NCBI GenBank assembly: GCA_040754655.1
Contig: JBFMCE010000002.1
Coordinates: 1 to 64,000 of the forward strand
From: Bdellovibrionota bacterium
Lineage (GTDB): Bacteria > Bdellovibrionota > UBA1018 > UBA923
Direction of reading: 5' to 3'
Length of the DNA stretch: 64,000 nucleotides
In this document: positions 39,026 to 49,101 of the stretch, in pieces
Numbering within the stretch: position 1 is the first letter of the stretch
Layout: each line of letters opens with the position of its first letter
Notes under the pieces: generated by a model
What the model was told of the DNA's origin: nothing
Seen by the model: the letters and a program-made list of their open reading frames with translations, nothing else
Database searches by the model: none
Program-made: the position numbers and the translations under genes

Positions 39026-39397
39026 TCAGTATTTTACTACTGGTTTGAAACCACCCCAAAACATCCTCATCCCATCGAAGGGCATGGCGTCAGGATCCAT
39101 CTGATCCGCCAGTCGAGGATCTGACATGACTTTCTTCAACACCTTGTCTCGATGGGCTCTCGACTTGTACGTAATCCATGAAAAGAAAACCACTTCCCCC
39201 TTCTTGAGCTTCACGCTCTGAGGAAAGGACGTGACTTTGCCGCTCTTCACGTCGTCGGCAATGCACTCGACATAATCAATGGCTCCATGGTCGAGCCAGA
39301 CTTTTGCTGCGAGTGTCGCCATTTTCTTGTATGCCGCGATATTCTTCCTCGGAATGGGCAATACGAATCCATCTACATAGTTATAAGACTTTGCCAT
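39026..39397 (-). CDS. DUF1428 (YbaA-like) protein
   Basis: YVDGFV, ECIADDV..GKVTSF, MPFDGMRMFWGGF. Confidence 0.9.
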   Translation of the reverse strand: MAKSYNYVDGFVLPIPRKNIAAYKKMATLAAKVWLDHGAIDYVECIADDVKSGKVTSFPQSVKLKKGEVVFFSWITYKSRAHRDKVLKKVMSDPRLADQMDPDAMPFDGMRMFWGGFKPVVKY

Positions 39398-39419
39398 TTT
39401 TGTTCCTCCTCAATTGATT

Positions 39420-39953
39420 TCAATTAGACTTTTCAACTAACGCCTTTAGATTTGAAAGACCCTTTTCAAACATCCCGCCGACCATTTTGTCCCTATTCAT
39501 GAAAAGACACATCAGATTTCCCATGAAATTGTTCTTACCCTGTACTCGCCAGGTCACTTCGCTTTGGTTGCCCGATGACTTCACCAGATATTCAGAATCC
39601 TGGGTCATGTTCATGGGTTTCACGTACTCAAGCTTGATGCCGACCTTCTGATTGGGCACGCTATCCACGATAGTCGCACTTCCCGTTCCGAGCCTTCCGC
39701 CGCTTTCCCAACTCGTGCGAGACCCTACTCCCGCGTCCGGGCCCGAGTAGACCATCTTCGCTTGAGGATCAACCTCAAGCCACGGCCCCCATTGCTCGGC
39801 TAATCTCGAATTGTTCAAATAGGGAAAAATTTTTTCCGCAGGCGCATTGATCGTGATCTTTCTTGAGATCACATAATCCGCGGGTTGAAGCGCTGCGTAC
39901 CCTAGAAGCATTACAACGATCGCCAAAATAACTAGGCTGATTTTCTTAGCCAT
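39420..39953 (-). CDS. SRPBCC family protein
   Basis: ISRKITINAPAEKIF, WGPW..DP, FEKGLSNLK. Confidence 0.88.
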   Translation of the reverse strand: MAKKISLVILAIVVMLLGYAALQPADYVISRKITINAPAEKIFPYLNNSRLAEQWGPWLEVDPQAKMVYSGPDAGVGSRTSWESGGRLGTGSATIVDSVPNQKVGIKLEYVKPMNMTQDSEYLVKSSGNQSEVTWRVQGKNNFMGNLMCLFMNRDKMVGGMFEKGLSNLKALVEKSN

Positions 39954-39962
39954 CTCTTCTCC

Positions 39963-40610
39963 TTATCGAGCTGTTAATTTTAGTTTCCTTCTTTTTTTAA
40001 GGTTGCTTGGTTCGAACAAAAACTCGAGATACTGGCGTAGATGTGTGACGCTCTCAGCGGCGATATCCGCGTCTTGTTTCGCTTTGGCAAGAATGAACGC
40101 CCCTTGGATCACCGCCTGAATATGGAGTGCGAGGCTCTCTGCAGTCCACTTGGAGTCAGGAGCATAACGTTTTTTTGCTAACTGAATATCTTTAGCCACT
40201 TCAGCCGCGTGCCCAAAAATGCTCTCTTGGCAGGCTTTGCGGATGGAAGGATTGGTGTCAAAGACCTCTTGAACCATCGTCCCCACAAGACAAGTGAATT
40301 CAGGAAGTTTTCCCCGAAGGATCTCTTTGCGGAAATCGACATATCCAAAAACGCGCTCCAATGGATCGGAGAGGCGCCGATACGGAGCATTTTCAAAAAA
40401 CTCATTGGTCACTGATGACCAATGGCGTGCGGCCGAAACCGCTAAGTCTTCTTTGCTCTTGAAGTGATGGAAAAAAGCGCCCTTAGTCACTCCTGCCGAC
40501 GCGCAAAGCTCATCGAGCGTAGTCGCTGCATAACCCTTGCTGCGAATGACAGACAACGCGGCGTCGAGGATTTTGTGTTTCACAGGGGTCTTGGCTGCGC
40601 TCTTTTTCAT
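39963..40610 (-). CDS. TetR-family regulator
   Basis: ILDAA..KGYAATTLDELC..AGVTKGAFFHHFKSKEDL; start ATG 40610. Confidence 0.92.
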   Translation of the reverse strand: MKKSAAKTPVKHKILDAALSVIRSKGYAATTLDELCASAGVTKGAFFHHFKSKEDLAVSAARHWSSVTNEFFENAPYRRLSDPLERVFGYVDFRKEILRGKLPEFTCLVGTMVQEVFDTNPSIRKACQESIFGHAAEVAKDIQLAKKRYAPDSKWTAESLALHIQAVIQGAFILAKAKQDADIAAESVTHLRQYLEFLFEPSNLKKRRKLKLTAR

Positions 40611-40630
40611 AGGTTTGTGTTCTTGATCTA

Positions 40631-40659
40631 ACCATACCAACCAGTTGGTATGGTGTCAA
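40631..40659 (-). promoter_or_regulatory. Sigma70 promoter overlapped by palindromic TetR operator
   Basis: TTGACA-N17-TATGGT; perfect ACCATACCAAC-CA-GTTGGTATGGT at 40631-40654. Confidence 0.85.
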
Positions 40660-40692
40660 TGACTATCACGCCTTGAATTAAAGCCCACCTTC

Positions 40693-41409
40693 TCAAAGGC
40701 TCAGATGAATCCCAAAAACTGGGCGAATGCTTTGGGTACCGAATTGAACGGCCTGCGGCAGCTTCCCGGAACTGGTGCGATCAAAATAAAGAAAACGATA
40801 TTCTATTCTCAAAGACATCGCCATGCTCTCTGAAAGATCAATCCACATCCCCGGATGAAAAAGCCATGCTCTTAATGGGTGAACCCAGAGAAGCCCTTTA
40901 CTCCCCGCGATCTCGTCTGAACGCGAGTCGCTTCGAATTCCAAAAGCAATATAAGAAAGATCAAGAAACAGCGCCTTCCATTTCACTCTCCCCGTGGGGC
41001 CCAAAAAGTATTGATGATACCGCGTCGAACTGCAGGCCGAGGGCGAAATGCTAGAGCTCACATATCCACATTCACGATGCTTTCCGTACTCATAAGACGA
41101 AAATATTCCAGCTGCAAAAACCGGGGCAATTTCTCGCGCGACTGCGATGCGCGGCGCTACCGCCCATTGGTCAAAGAGAGGCCCTTGGCTCTCGCCAGAG
41201 GCATCACGAACCTGTTCCTTTTGGTTAAAGAATCCCAACGCTACCTCACCCCTCCATAACGCTGGTGCCGGCTCTGAAAGTTGAAGTGCCTCCTTCGAAT
41301 TAACAACGTCGGCAAAACTGAAACCAGCGTGCAAAAACAAGAAGGACAAAAGACAGGGAAGAATGTTTTTCACGGGACATATCGTTTTCTCTTCTGAAAG
41401 AGTAGTCAA
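40693..41409 (-). CDS. Hypothetical small outer-membrane beta-barrel-like protein
   Basis: Signal-like segment and alternating strands; start uncertain. Confidence 0.5.
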   Translation of the reverse strand: MTTLSEEKTICPVKNILPCLLSFLFLHAGFSFADVVNSKEALQLSEPAPALWRGEVALGFFNQKEQVRDASGESQGPLFDQWAVAPRIAVAREIAPVFAAGIFSSYEYGKHRECGYVSSSISPSACSSTRYHQYFLGPTGRVKWKALFLDLSYIAFGIRSDSRSDEIAGSKGLLWVHPLRAWLFHPGMWIDLSESMAMSLRIEYRFLYFDRTSSGKLPQAVQFGTQSIRPVFGIHLSL

Positions 41410-41501
41410 GGAGGATACTTATTTCGCTCCGAGTCATACTATAGTGATCTATTTGCGTTCTTGACTAGTTTGCTACTTAAGGTCAATGTGCTCTCAAAGT
41501 T

Positions 41502-42773
41502 ATGCCCGAACCGATAAAAGCCCGAAACAAGCTGCCCGCCGAGGCTGTGAAGCGGCGGAACGTCGAGCTCGCTCTAAGCAATGCGGAACAGATTTTTCGA
41601 TTGCTTGTAGACGCAGTGTCGGACTACGCCATCTTTGCGCTCGATCCCAATGGATACGTGCTCACCTGGAATAGGGGCGCGGAAAGATTTAAAGGTTACA
41701 AGGCTAACGAAATCGTCGGCCAGCATTTCTCGCGCTTTTACATGAGGAGCGACATTGAAAATGGCAAGCCTGACATGGAACTCCGGGTCGCTGCCGATGA
41801 GGGACGCTACGAAGAAGAAGGGTGGCGCGTTCGAAAGGACGGAAGCCTCTTTTGGGCCAACGTCGTCATCACGGCCCTGCGCGACCAGAGCGGAGTGCTC
41901 CGCGGCTTCGCGAAAGTGACGCGCGACCTTACCGAGCGAAAGCGCGCCGAAGAGAACCTGCAACAACTCAATGAGAACCTTGAAAAGAAAGTCCGGGAAA
42001 GGACGGAAGATTTGATCAAGGCCGCGGAACGCCTTGAAACAGCCGTGAAGTCTAGAGACGAATTCCTCTCGATCGCCTCTCATGAGCTCAAGACACCTTT
42101 GACCTCGCTTAAACTGCAAGTACAGATGCGAAAGCGCGCCATCGAAAAACAAGGCGCCCAGGCTCCCTTCACTTTGGAAAGACTCAGACAAATGGTCGAA
42201 GACGATGAGAAGCAGATCAATCGGCTCAATCAGCTCGTAGACGACATGCTCGACATCACGCGCATCACAGCCGGCAAACTCACGCTGCAGACGGAGCTCG
42301 TAGACCTGTGCGCGCTCATTCAAGAAGTGACTGATCGCTTTGCCCCTCAGCTTGAAGCTGCGGGTTGCCAGGTTTTTTTCGATGCCGATTGCAAAGTCGA
42401 AGGCCAGTGGGACTTGTACAGAATCGAACAAGTCTTCATCAATTTGCTGACGAATGCCATGAAGTACGGCGCGGGAAAACCGATTCAAATAAAGGTGAGC
42501 GCGGCTGACGGCATCGCGAAACTTGCCGTTCGAGACTATGGCGTGGGGATCGCCGCAGAAGACCACGAGAGAATCTTCCTGCAATTTGAACGCGCGATAT
42601 CAGCCAGCGAGGTCAGCGGCCTTGGCCTTGGGCTCTACATCGTCCGTCAAATCGTAGAAGCGCATGGCGGAAGGATACTGCTCGAAAGCAAGCTTGGCGA
42701 AGGCTCGCTTTTCAAGGTTGAACTTCCGATCGCAAATGAACCCGCGCGGCGGCAAAGTCATCAGAGCCGCTGA
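41502..42773 (+). CDS. PAS-domain sensor histidine kinase
   Basis: DYAIFALD..TWNRGAE PAS, ASHELKTP, NAMKY, DYGVGI, GLGLGL. Confidence 0.95.
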   Translation: MPEPIKARNKLPAEAVKRRNVELALSNAEQIFRLLVDAVSDYAIFALDPNGYVLTWNRGAERFKGYKANEIVGQHFSRFYMRSDIENGKPDMELRVAADEGRYEEEGWRVRKDGSLFWANVVITALRDQSGVLRGFAKVTRDLTERKRAEENLQQLNENLEKKVRERTEDLIKAAERLETAVKSRDEFLSIASHELKTPLTSLKLQVQMRKRAIEKQGAQAPFTLERLRQMVEDDEKQINRLNQLVDDMLDITRITAGKLTLQTELVDLCALIQEVTDRFAPQLEAAGCQVFFDADCKVEGQWDLYRIEQVFINLLTNAMKYGAGKPIQIKVSAADGIAKLAVRDYGVGIAAEDHERIFLQFERAISASEVSGLGLGLYIVRQIVEAHGGRILLESKLGEGSLFKVELPIANEPARRQSHQSR

Positions 42774-42782
42774 AAAAGCCGC

Positions 42783-44504
42783 TCATCCTGAATTCTGGCT
42801 TGAGGCCTGGCAAAAGAGTGACGCTCTTTTCTTTTGCATTCGAATCAACAAGGCGCTCAATCCGTACCCGCAAACCAGCGCCGCGAGATGGTGCAGGCTG
42901 AGCCAACTTTGGCGAGCGAAGCATAAAAACAAACCGTTGAGAGCGAATGGCGTGAGCAACAAGCCGGGGCGTTTCAGCAGAGGCGCGAGCGCGCCCACCA
43001 CCGCGTACACCGCGTTTGAAGAACCATAATCGATCTCAGCCAAAAATCGATGGAATTGCGAGGATGAATAATATTTCAGGAAAATGGCATTCAATGCCCA
43101 CGCGAGAGGATTCGAGAGCCATAAACCGGCGCTGACAACGAGCCCGCAGAATATTGGTCCCAAAACCAACTCCAACGCGCCGGCAAAGACCAGGAACGAA
43201 ACCAGATCCCCTGCGAAATGGTAGTGATTGTTGTGAAACAACGGGGCCAGAAAGTGACCCAAGGCACTGTAAGATCCGGCCGTGAAGGGATAGAGATCGT
43301 AAAGTTCCTGCACCTCGGGAAAAACGTTTCGCGAGACATGAAGCGATGAAAAGAGAACGGCAAAAGACAGGGTGAGCCTTTGACGGCGAAAGATCTCTGC
43401 AACGCTTTCAGGCCATGACTGCAGCTTCACGCTAGGGTTGAGATGGGGCCGCATTTTGCGCGCAAGATAGGTGGCTGAGGCGTTCATCAGTCCACCGGGG
43501 AAATGAACTCGGGCCAACTCAACGACAGTATCGACTCTAAAACCAGGCTTGCTGACTAGAAACAAGGGTTGCCACGACGTGGGCTGAAACTTCGCTTTGA
43601 ACCTATAGACTGATTTGAAGTTCAGCGGAAAACGGAGGTGGTGAAACGCAAAAACCATCAGTCCCACAAATACCCTCTCTGCTAGACCATGCTCACCTTG
43701 GGCTTTCGCGTCCGCGAAAGGACAGAGCCCCAAGCGTACTTCAAGGTAACCTTGATTCAAAAGGATTCTCATCGCCTCAACGAATAAGAGCTCTACAGTC
43801 CCTGGCCTCGCCGCTTGATCGCGAATATAGTCTGCGAAAAAGAAACCCGCTTTCGGGAAAATAGGAACCGCAAACAAGAAGGCGGTGACTTTGCCTCGAT
43901 ATTCAACCACGAAGAGTTTCTTATGTTCGCTCAAGTGCCATGGGTCGATTTGATTCAAGAATCCCAATGGCACCGTTGCACGCGAACCGACCCAATTCTC
44001 TAAGAGCTGATTCAACTGCGCCTTGAGCCCTTCGTCGTACTCGTTGGCAGAGACCTCTTTGACCACCGCTCCCCTTCTCAAAAGAGATCTTGCATGTGGA
44101 AATCGATCGAGAGGATCTCGAACCCCTGAAAAATACTTCGCCAAATCAAAGAGAGGTTCGCTTCCGATGGGCAGGCGTTGGTATCCCCGCTCAAGGAGCT
44201 TCTCCGAGAACCCTTGAGTGACCGGAGTCATGATCACGGACTTTCGTTGTTCACGAGCGGCTTGATCAAAGCCTTCGAAGATTGCAGGCCGCTCTTCAAA
44301 GCTAGCTAGGGGTTCGGTCGCCGCAACCCAAGCGCGCTTGGTTTCCATGTAACGAATCTGGCCTGCACAAGAATCTTGAGGACGATAGGTTCTGAAGCCA
44401 GGATAACTTGTCATGAATGAACTGGTGCGGTCGCCGAATTGACGCAAATCAGAAAGAAGGTCTTGGTTCGAATTCAAAGGTTTTGACGAAATTTCGCTAT
44501 CCAT
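42783..44504 (-). CDS. MprF-C/DUF2156-like aminoacyltransferase domain fused to rhomboid-like membrane domain
   Basis: EPLA..., IGSEP.FDL, PGTVELL, LGLCP, YRFKAKFQP.W.P; C-terminus FHNNHYHFAGD, DYGSS, HH. Confidence 0.7.
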   Translation of the reverse strand: MDSEISSKPLNSNQDLLSDLRQFGDRTSSFMTSYPGFRTYRPQDSCAGQIRYMETKRAWVAATEPLASFEERPAIFEGFDQAAREQRKSVIMTPVTQGFSEKLLERGYQRLPIGSEPLFDLAKYFSGVRDPLDRFPHARSLLRRGAVVKEVSANEYDEGLKAQLNQLLENWVGSRATVPLGFLNQIDPWHLSEHKKLFVVEYRGKVTAFLFAVPIFPKAGFFFADYIRDQAARPGTVELLFVEAMRILLNQGYLEVRLGLCPFADAKAQGEHGLAERVFVGLMVFAFHHLRFPLNFKSVYRFKAKFQPTSWQPLFLVSKPGFRVDTVVELARVHFPGGLMNASATYLARKMRPHLNPSVKLQSWPESVAEIFRRQRLTLSFAVLFSSLHVSRNVFPEVQELYDLYPFTAGSYSALGHFLAPLFHNNHYHFAGDLVSFLVFAGALELVLGPIFCGLVVSAGLWLSNPLAWALNAIFLKYYSSSQFHRFLAEIDYGSSNAVYAVVGALAPLLKRPGLLLTPFALNGLFLCFARQSWLSLHHLAALVCGYGLSALLIRMQKKRASLFCQASSQNSG

Positions 44505-44682
44505 GGCGCTTTAGGCACTCTTGCATCCGTGGTCCCGACCTCTATCTTAACGCGGCCAAGCCAACGCTGCCTAAAACTTGGCGTTAAGGCTAAAGATTTT
44601 GCCGATCTCTTCATCCGCCCGAACTGAGAAAACCTCTAGGCTCGACAAGAAGCGACGCTTCAAGCATTGTTGGCCAACATCG

Positions 44683-45432
44683 ATGGAATACAAGGACCTC
44701 TTTAGCAAACAAGCTCTCGACTATTCTCGTTTCCGGCCGAAGTACCCTTCCGAGCTCTTCGATTATCTCGCGGGATTATGCGCGCAAAGAGAGTCTGCAT
44801 GGGATTGCGGCACCGGCAACGGACAGGCTGCGGTTGAGCTGGCGAGAAGGTTCCACAAGGTGTTCGCAACGGACCCAAGCGCCAAACAAATTTCAAATGC
44901 GACGCCTTTAAAGAACATCGAATACAGGAAAACGACGGCCGAAGACTCTAAACTCGCTGATCATAGCAGTGATCTCATTACCGCTGCTCAGGCGTTTCAC
45001 TGGTTTGGCCACGAGAGGTTTTACGCTGAAGTACGCCGAGTAACGCGCGGCCAAGGGGTGCTCGCTCTCTGGTGTTACGGGCTGCACAAGATCTGTTCCC
45101 AAGTGGATCAGACGATTTTAAAACTGTATCAAGACATCCTGGGGAACTACTGGGAAAAAGAAAGAAGAATGGTGGAAGACGGCTACCGAAGCATCGCCGT
45201 GCCTTTTGAAGAGATTACGCCGCCGCGCTTTCTCATGAGAGCGACCTGGTCGATTGAAGATTTACTGGGATATCTCGGCACTTGGTCTGCCCTGCAAAGT
45301 TATGTTTCGCGAAACGGACAGGATCCGCGTGACGAAATCGCTGAGGATCTCAAAAGAGCGTGGGGAGAAACCGCGACACGTGAAATCCGATGGGACATCA
45401 ACCTTCGAGTCTTTCGCGTGAACCCTCAATAA
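44683..45432 (+). CDS. Class I SAM-dependent methyltransferase
   Basis: RPKYP, WDCGTGNGQAA, AQAFHWF. Confidence 0.9.
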   Translation: MEYKDLFSKQALDYSRFRPKYPSELFDYLAGLCAQRESAWDCGTGNGQAAVELARRFHKVFATDPSAKQISNATPLKNIEYRKTTAEDSKLADHSSDLITAAQAFHWFGHERFYAEVRRVTRGQGVLALWCYGLHKICSQVDQTILKLYQDILGNYWEKERRMVEDGYRSIAVPFEEITPPRFLMRATWSIEDLLGYLGTWSALQSYVSRNGQDPRDEIAEDLKRAWGETATREIRWDINLRVFRVNPQ

Positions 45433-47855
45433 AAAGGCAGTGACACAGTGAAAACCGACCCCTTGCCGAGTTCACTTTCCACTGCAATTGTTCCTCCGTG
45501 CAATTCGACAATCTGTTTGCTGATGTAGAGCCCGAGACCGAGGCCGCTGATGCGGCCTGTTGAGAGCGCACGTTCATAGCGCTTGAAGATGCGCTCGAGG
45601 TCTTCATTCGCGATGCCCAGACCGTGGTCTTTGACCGAAATCCGGGCGTTGGTTTCGTCTAAACTGACTTGCACTTCAATAGGAGTGCCCGCCCCATACT
45701 TGATGGCGTTTGAAATCAGATTCGCCACTACTTGTTCGATCCGAGCCCTGTCCCATCGCCCTTGAACCGCCCCATCAAACAAGACCCGGCACTGGCATCC
45801 GGCAAACCGCAAGGGTTCCGAAAAACGTTCGACAACTTCTTGAACCACTTCAACCAGGTCAATATATTCACGTTCGATCGGCAATTTGCCATGCTCAAGC
45901 CTCGAGATATCAAGCATGTCTTCAACGAGCCGAGTGATTCGATCCACCTGTTTATCGACCGAAGAAATGAAACGCTCTAAGTGCGTGACGTCAGTGGCCA
46001 GCGGCTCCCTTCGTTTCAGTCGACGCATCTGCACTTCAGCCTGCAGTTTCATCGAGGTGATCGGGGTTTTCAGCTCATGGCTTGCAATGGAAAGGAATTC
46101 ATCTCTTGCGCGCACTGCCTCGCGCAGATCTTCTTCCAGCTTCTTCCTCTGGCTCATGTCCCGGTTGATGATTGAAAAGCCCTTGAGAGCTCCTGATTCC
46201 TCATAAAGCGCGGTCAAAACCATGCTCGCCCAAAAACGATTTCCGAACTTGCAAACCCGCCAGCCTTCTTCTTCGTACTTGCCCTGCCTTGCCGCGATTT
46301 CAAGGTGTTGATCTGGCCTACCTTCTCCGCGCGCCTCTTTCGGATAAAAAACAGAAAAATGCTGCCCAATAATCTCTTCAGCCTTGTAAGCCTTCAACCG
46401 TTCAGCGCCTTCATTCCAAGTTGCGACGTAACCATTGCGATCAAGAAGGAAAATAGCGTAATCCTTCACCCCTTGAATCAGCGACCGAAACCTCTCTTCG
46501 CTTTCGTGCACAGCCCGCTCGGCGAGTACACGATCGGTCACGTCGTCATGGATCAAGACGACTTCGATCACTTCTCCCTTATGGTTCTTGACCGGATAAG
46601 CGAGCGCCTCGATCCAGCGCGACCTTCCGGGATTGCCGTTTTCGCTCGGGTCATAAAGCGACGCCGGAATTTTCACGAATTCCCCTTGAAAAGCCCGTTT
46701 CAGGTAAGACGCCACGCCTTTTGCTTTAAGTTGCGGGTCTTCAAGGATGTTGTATTCACGAAAAATGTAATCAGCGATGAAGCTTTCCGGTAAACAGAAG
46801 AGCTTCTTCCAGCCTGCGTTCACGCCTCGAGTGAAACCCTCGGGGCTCAGCAACTGTATGCTGAGCGGAGCTTGCTCAAACAATGCTCTGAAACGGTTCT
46901 CGGAAGACCGCACGCGTTCTTCCGCGTTTTTCCGTTCCATAAACAAACCAATTTGCCCGCCAAGAGTCAAAAGGGTCTTCAAAAGCGATTCGTTTCGATC
47001 AAAATGGCGCTGGCTGAAGAAATCAATCACACCAGTGATCTTTCCTGACGCCGTGATCGGAAACCCAACCCCTCCATGCAATCCTTCTGAGCGAGCGACG
47101 CGGCCCCTCGGATAGACGAAGTCTTTACTGATGTCTTGCACCCACTCGGGTTGTCCTTTTTGCCAAACCAGACCCGGCAGGCCCTCGCCTTTCCTCAGCC
47201 GAGCGTTCCGAGTGGCCTCAAGAAACAAGGGGGCGGATACTTTATTTGAATTCCAAGTATAAAAGGGCCTGAGCGTCTGCAAGTTCGGATCGACAACCCA
47301 GAGCGTGCCGATATCCCATTCCAATGTTTTTCCAATCGACTCAAGAATGCGAGGGGTCGCTTCTTCAAGCGAAAGCTCTTCAACCAGAGCAGTCATCACC
47401 CCGTACTGCACGCCGAGGTTCTGCGTCGCCTCAAGAAGCAATCTCTCGGCATTCTTGCGTTCAGTGATATCGCGAATGAAAGAGTAAAACAGATGCCCGC
47501 TTTCCAACGATATTGGGATGATCGCCAGCTCGATCTCGATTCGTTTTCCATTGCGATGCAAGGCGGGCACTTCAACTCTTTTATTTAAAAGAGGACCTAT
47601 GTTTTCTTCGAGAAAACGTTTCATTCCTTGAATGTGTCGCTGCCGATATTCGGGTGGGATAATGAGATCCTGTAACTTTCTTCCAATGGCCTCAGCTTTC
47701 GTCCAACCAAACGTAAGCTCTGCTTCATGATTCCAGTCAATGATTGTATGGTTCTGATCAATACCCACTACTGCATCTAAGGCGTTCTCAAGAACGACTT
47801 TGCGCCAAGGATCCAGGGTAACGGTCGGACGGTGGCTACGGCTAATGATGGGCAT
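45426..47855 (-). CDS. PAS-GAF-PAS-PAS sensor histidine kinase
   Basis: PAS repeats, GEGLPG GAF, ASHELKTP, NAIKY, GLGLGL. Confidence 0.95.
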   Translation of the reverse strand: MPIISRSHRPTVTLDPWRKVVLENALDAVVGIDQNHTIIDWNHEAELTFGWTKAEAIGRKLQDLIIPPEYRQRHIQGMKRFLEENIGPLLNKRVEVPALHRNGKRIEIELAIIPISLESGHLFYSFIRDITERKNAERLLLEATQNLGVQYGVMTALVEELSLEEATPRILESIGKTLEWDIGTLWVVDPNLQTLRPFYTWNSNKVSAPLFLEATRNARLRKGEGLPGLVWQKGQPEWVQDISKDFVYPRGRVARSEGLHGGVGFPITASGKITGVIDFFSQRHFDRNESLLKTLLTLGGQIGLFMERKNAEERVRSSENRFRALFEQAPLSIQLLSPEGFTRGVNAGWKKLFCLPESFIADYIFREYNILEDPQLKAKGVASYLKRAFQGEFVKIPASLYDPSENGNPGRSRWIEALAYPVKNHKGEVIEVVLIHDDVTDRVLAERAVHESEERFRSLIQGVKDYAIFLLDRNGYVATWNEGAERLKAYKAEEIIGQHFSVFYPKEARGEGRPDQHLEIAARQGKYEEEGWRVCKFGNRFWASMVLTALYEESGALKGFSIINRDMSQRKKLEEDLREAVRARDEFLSIASHELKTPITSMKLQAEVQMRRLKRREPLATDVTHLERFISSVDKQVDRITRLVEDMLDISRLEHGKLPIEREYIDLVEVVQEVVERFSEPLRFAGCQCRVLFDGAVQGRWDRARIEQVVANLISNAIKYGAGTPIEVQVSLDETNARISVKDHGLGIANEDLERIFKRYERALSTGRISGLGLGLYISKQIVELHGGTIAVESELGKGSVFTVSLPFY

Positions 47856-47900
47856 GCGATTATTGCTTAAAGACTCCCCAAGGCCCTTCTAACCGTGATG

Positions 47901-48398
47901 TTAACGAACTGCAAGGGGTCGCGCTTTTTCTTGCCACCGCTTCGGGTCGTGCCAAAGGTCTGCTAGAGCCTCTCGCACCCTTTCTCGAACATTGTCATAA
48001 GAATGTTGAGCCACATCTTTATTGAGGCTACCAACCACACGACCTAAAAGATTTGGGCTGAAACCCGCTTTGAGTTTACCCATAACCCTCGGCCCAGCAA
48101 TCAAGAAAAGCTCATCAAAATTCTGCTGGCCTGCTTGAGAGAGTAGCCACTGCTCAACTTCTCTTACGAATACATCGACCTCATGGTCGCGCGCATCCTG
48201 AGGAGAGCTAAAAGCATGGCGTACGTTGCCAAGGCTGGCGAAAGTTCTACCGGGTCGATCCGTCGTCAGGTCGCGTTCTCGCATCCGAGCAGCTGAATGC
48301 CGAATGATATGCACTTGCCGCGGCCCATCCTCGGGGCCGGTGCATTCGTAAATTGTCGCTTCACTTTGGTTTGCTACAATCACCCAGACTCTGCTCAT
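47901..48398 (-). CDS. Host-attachment (release-factor-like, baeRF) family protein
   Basis: WVIVAN..A.IY, TDRPGR, LFLIAGP..GKL, LNKD. Confidence 0.82.
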   Translation of the reverse strand: MSRVWVIVANQSEATIYECTGPEDGPRQVHIIRHSAARMRERDLTTDRPGRTFASLGNVRHAFSSPQDARDHEVDVFVREVEQWLLSQAGQQNFDELFLIAGPRVMGKLKAGFSPNLLGRVVGSLNKDVAQHSYDNVRERVREALADLWHDPKRWQEKARPLAVR

Positions 48399-48422
48399 CG
48401 TGACCTCACGGGAAGAACGAAA

Positions 48423-48486
48423 TGCAATTCTCTCGCCACGAACCTCACCCAACATTTTCTCAGACGTTCAAGGCATGACACTTGCA
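48423..48486. promoter_or_regulatory. Back-to-back divergent sigma54-type promoters
   Basis: Minus TGGCGA-GAGAA-TTGCA (48438-48423); plus AGGCAT-GACAC-TTGCA (48471-48486). Confidence 0.65.
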
Positions 48487-48534
48487 TCGATGGCTGCGCA
48501 CTTGAAGTCAAACCTTTTACAGGAGAGAAATGAG

Positions 48535-48972
48535 ATGGATGCAATCGAGCTACTCAAAGACGATCATGAAAACGTAAAGAATCTGTTCGATCAAGTCAGA
48601 ACGGCAGATGGCGTTGACGAGAAACGAGAACTCTTCGAAGAAATCCGAGACGAGTTGCTCTTGCACGCTCACATTGAAGAAACGATTTTTTATCCGGTGT
48701 TTCAAAACAGGGATGGCTTCCAAGAGATCGTGAAGGAAGCCATTGAAGAACACCAAGAGATGAAAAAGCTTCTTCGTGAAATCAGCGACACCGAAGATGA
48801 CGAGGAAATGGAAAGCATGCTCGAAGACTTGATCGAGTGCGTAGAACACCATGTTGAGGAAGAAGAGACCGAATTTTTCCCCAAAGTCAAAAAGAGCCTC
48901 GATCAGACCGAAATCAATGAACTGGGATCAAAACTCGAGCAAGAAAAAAAGAAGAAACCGCTGGCTGCCTGA
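48535..48972 (+). CDS. Hemerythrin (HHE) domain protein
   Basis: MDAIELLKDDH, HAHIEETIFYP, EEH, HHVEEEE; SD AGGAG. Confidence 0.9.
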   Translation: MDAIELLKDDHENVKNLFDQVRTADGVDEKRELFEEIRDELLLHAHIEETIFYPVFQNRDGFQEIVKEAIEEHQEMKKLLREISDTEDDEEMESMLEDLIECVEHHVEEEETEFFPKVKKSLDQTEINELGSKLEQEKKKKPLAA

Positions 48973-48994
48973 ACACAGTCAGAACAAGGTTACC

Positions 48995-49020
48995 GGAGGA
49001 GCCAAGCCATTGGCTCTTCC
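48995..49020 (+). terminator. Possible terminator hairpin
   Basis: GGAGGAGCCAA-GCCA-TTGGCTCTTCC. Confidence 0.5.
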
Positions 49021-49101
49021 TTCCCTTGATTTCTAAAGACAGACGCGCGCTAAATCGGTAGCATGAAGCCGTACTGGACGGTACGATAAGAGAGTCGCGT
49101 C

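Noticed and set aside
41574..42584. 336-aa antisense ORF (also 31271-32149 and 52348-53010)
   Set aside because: Shadow ORFs opposite well-supported genes
41502..47855. Strong similarity between the two histidine kinases
   Set aside because: Ordinary paralogy within a common PAS-HisKA family
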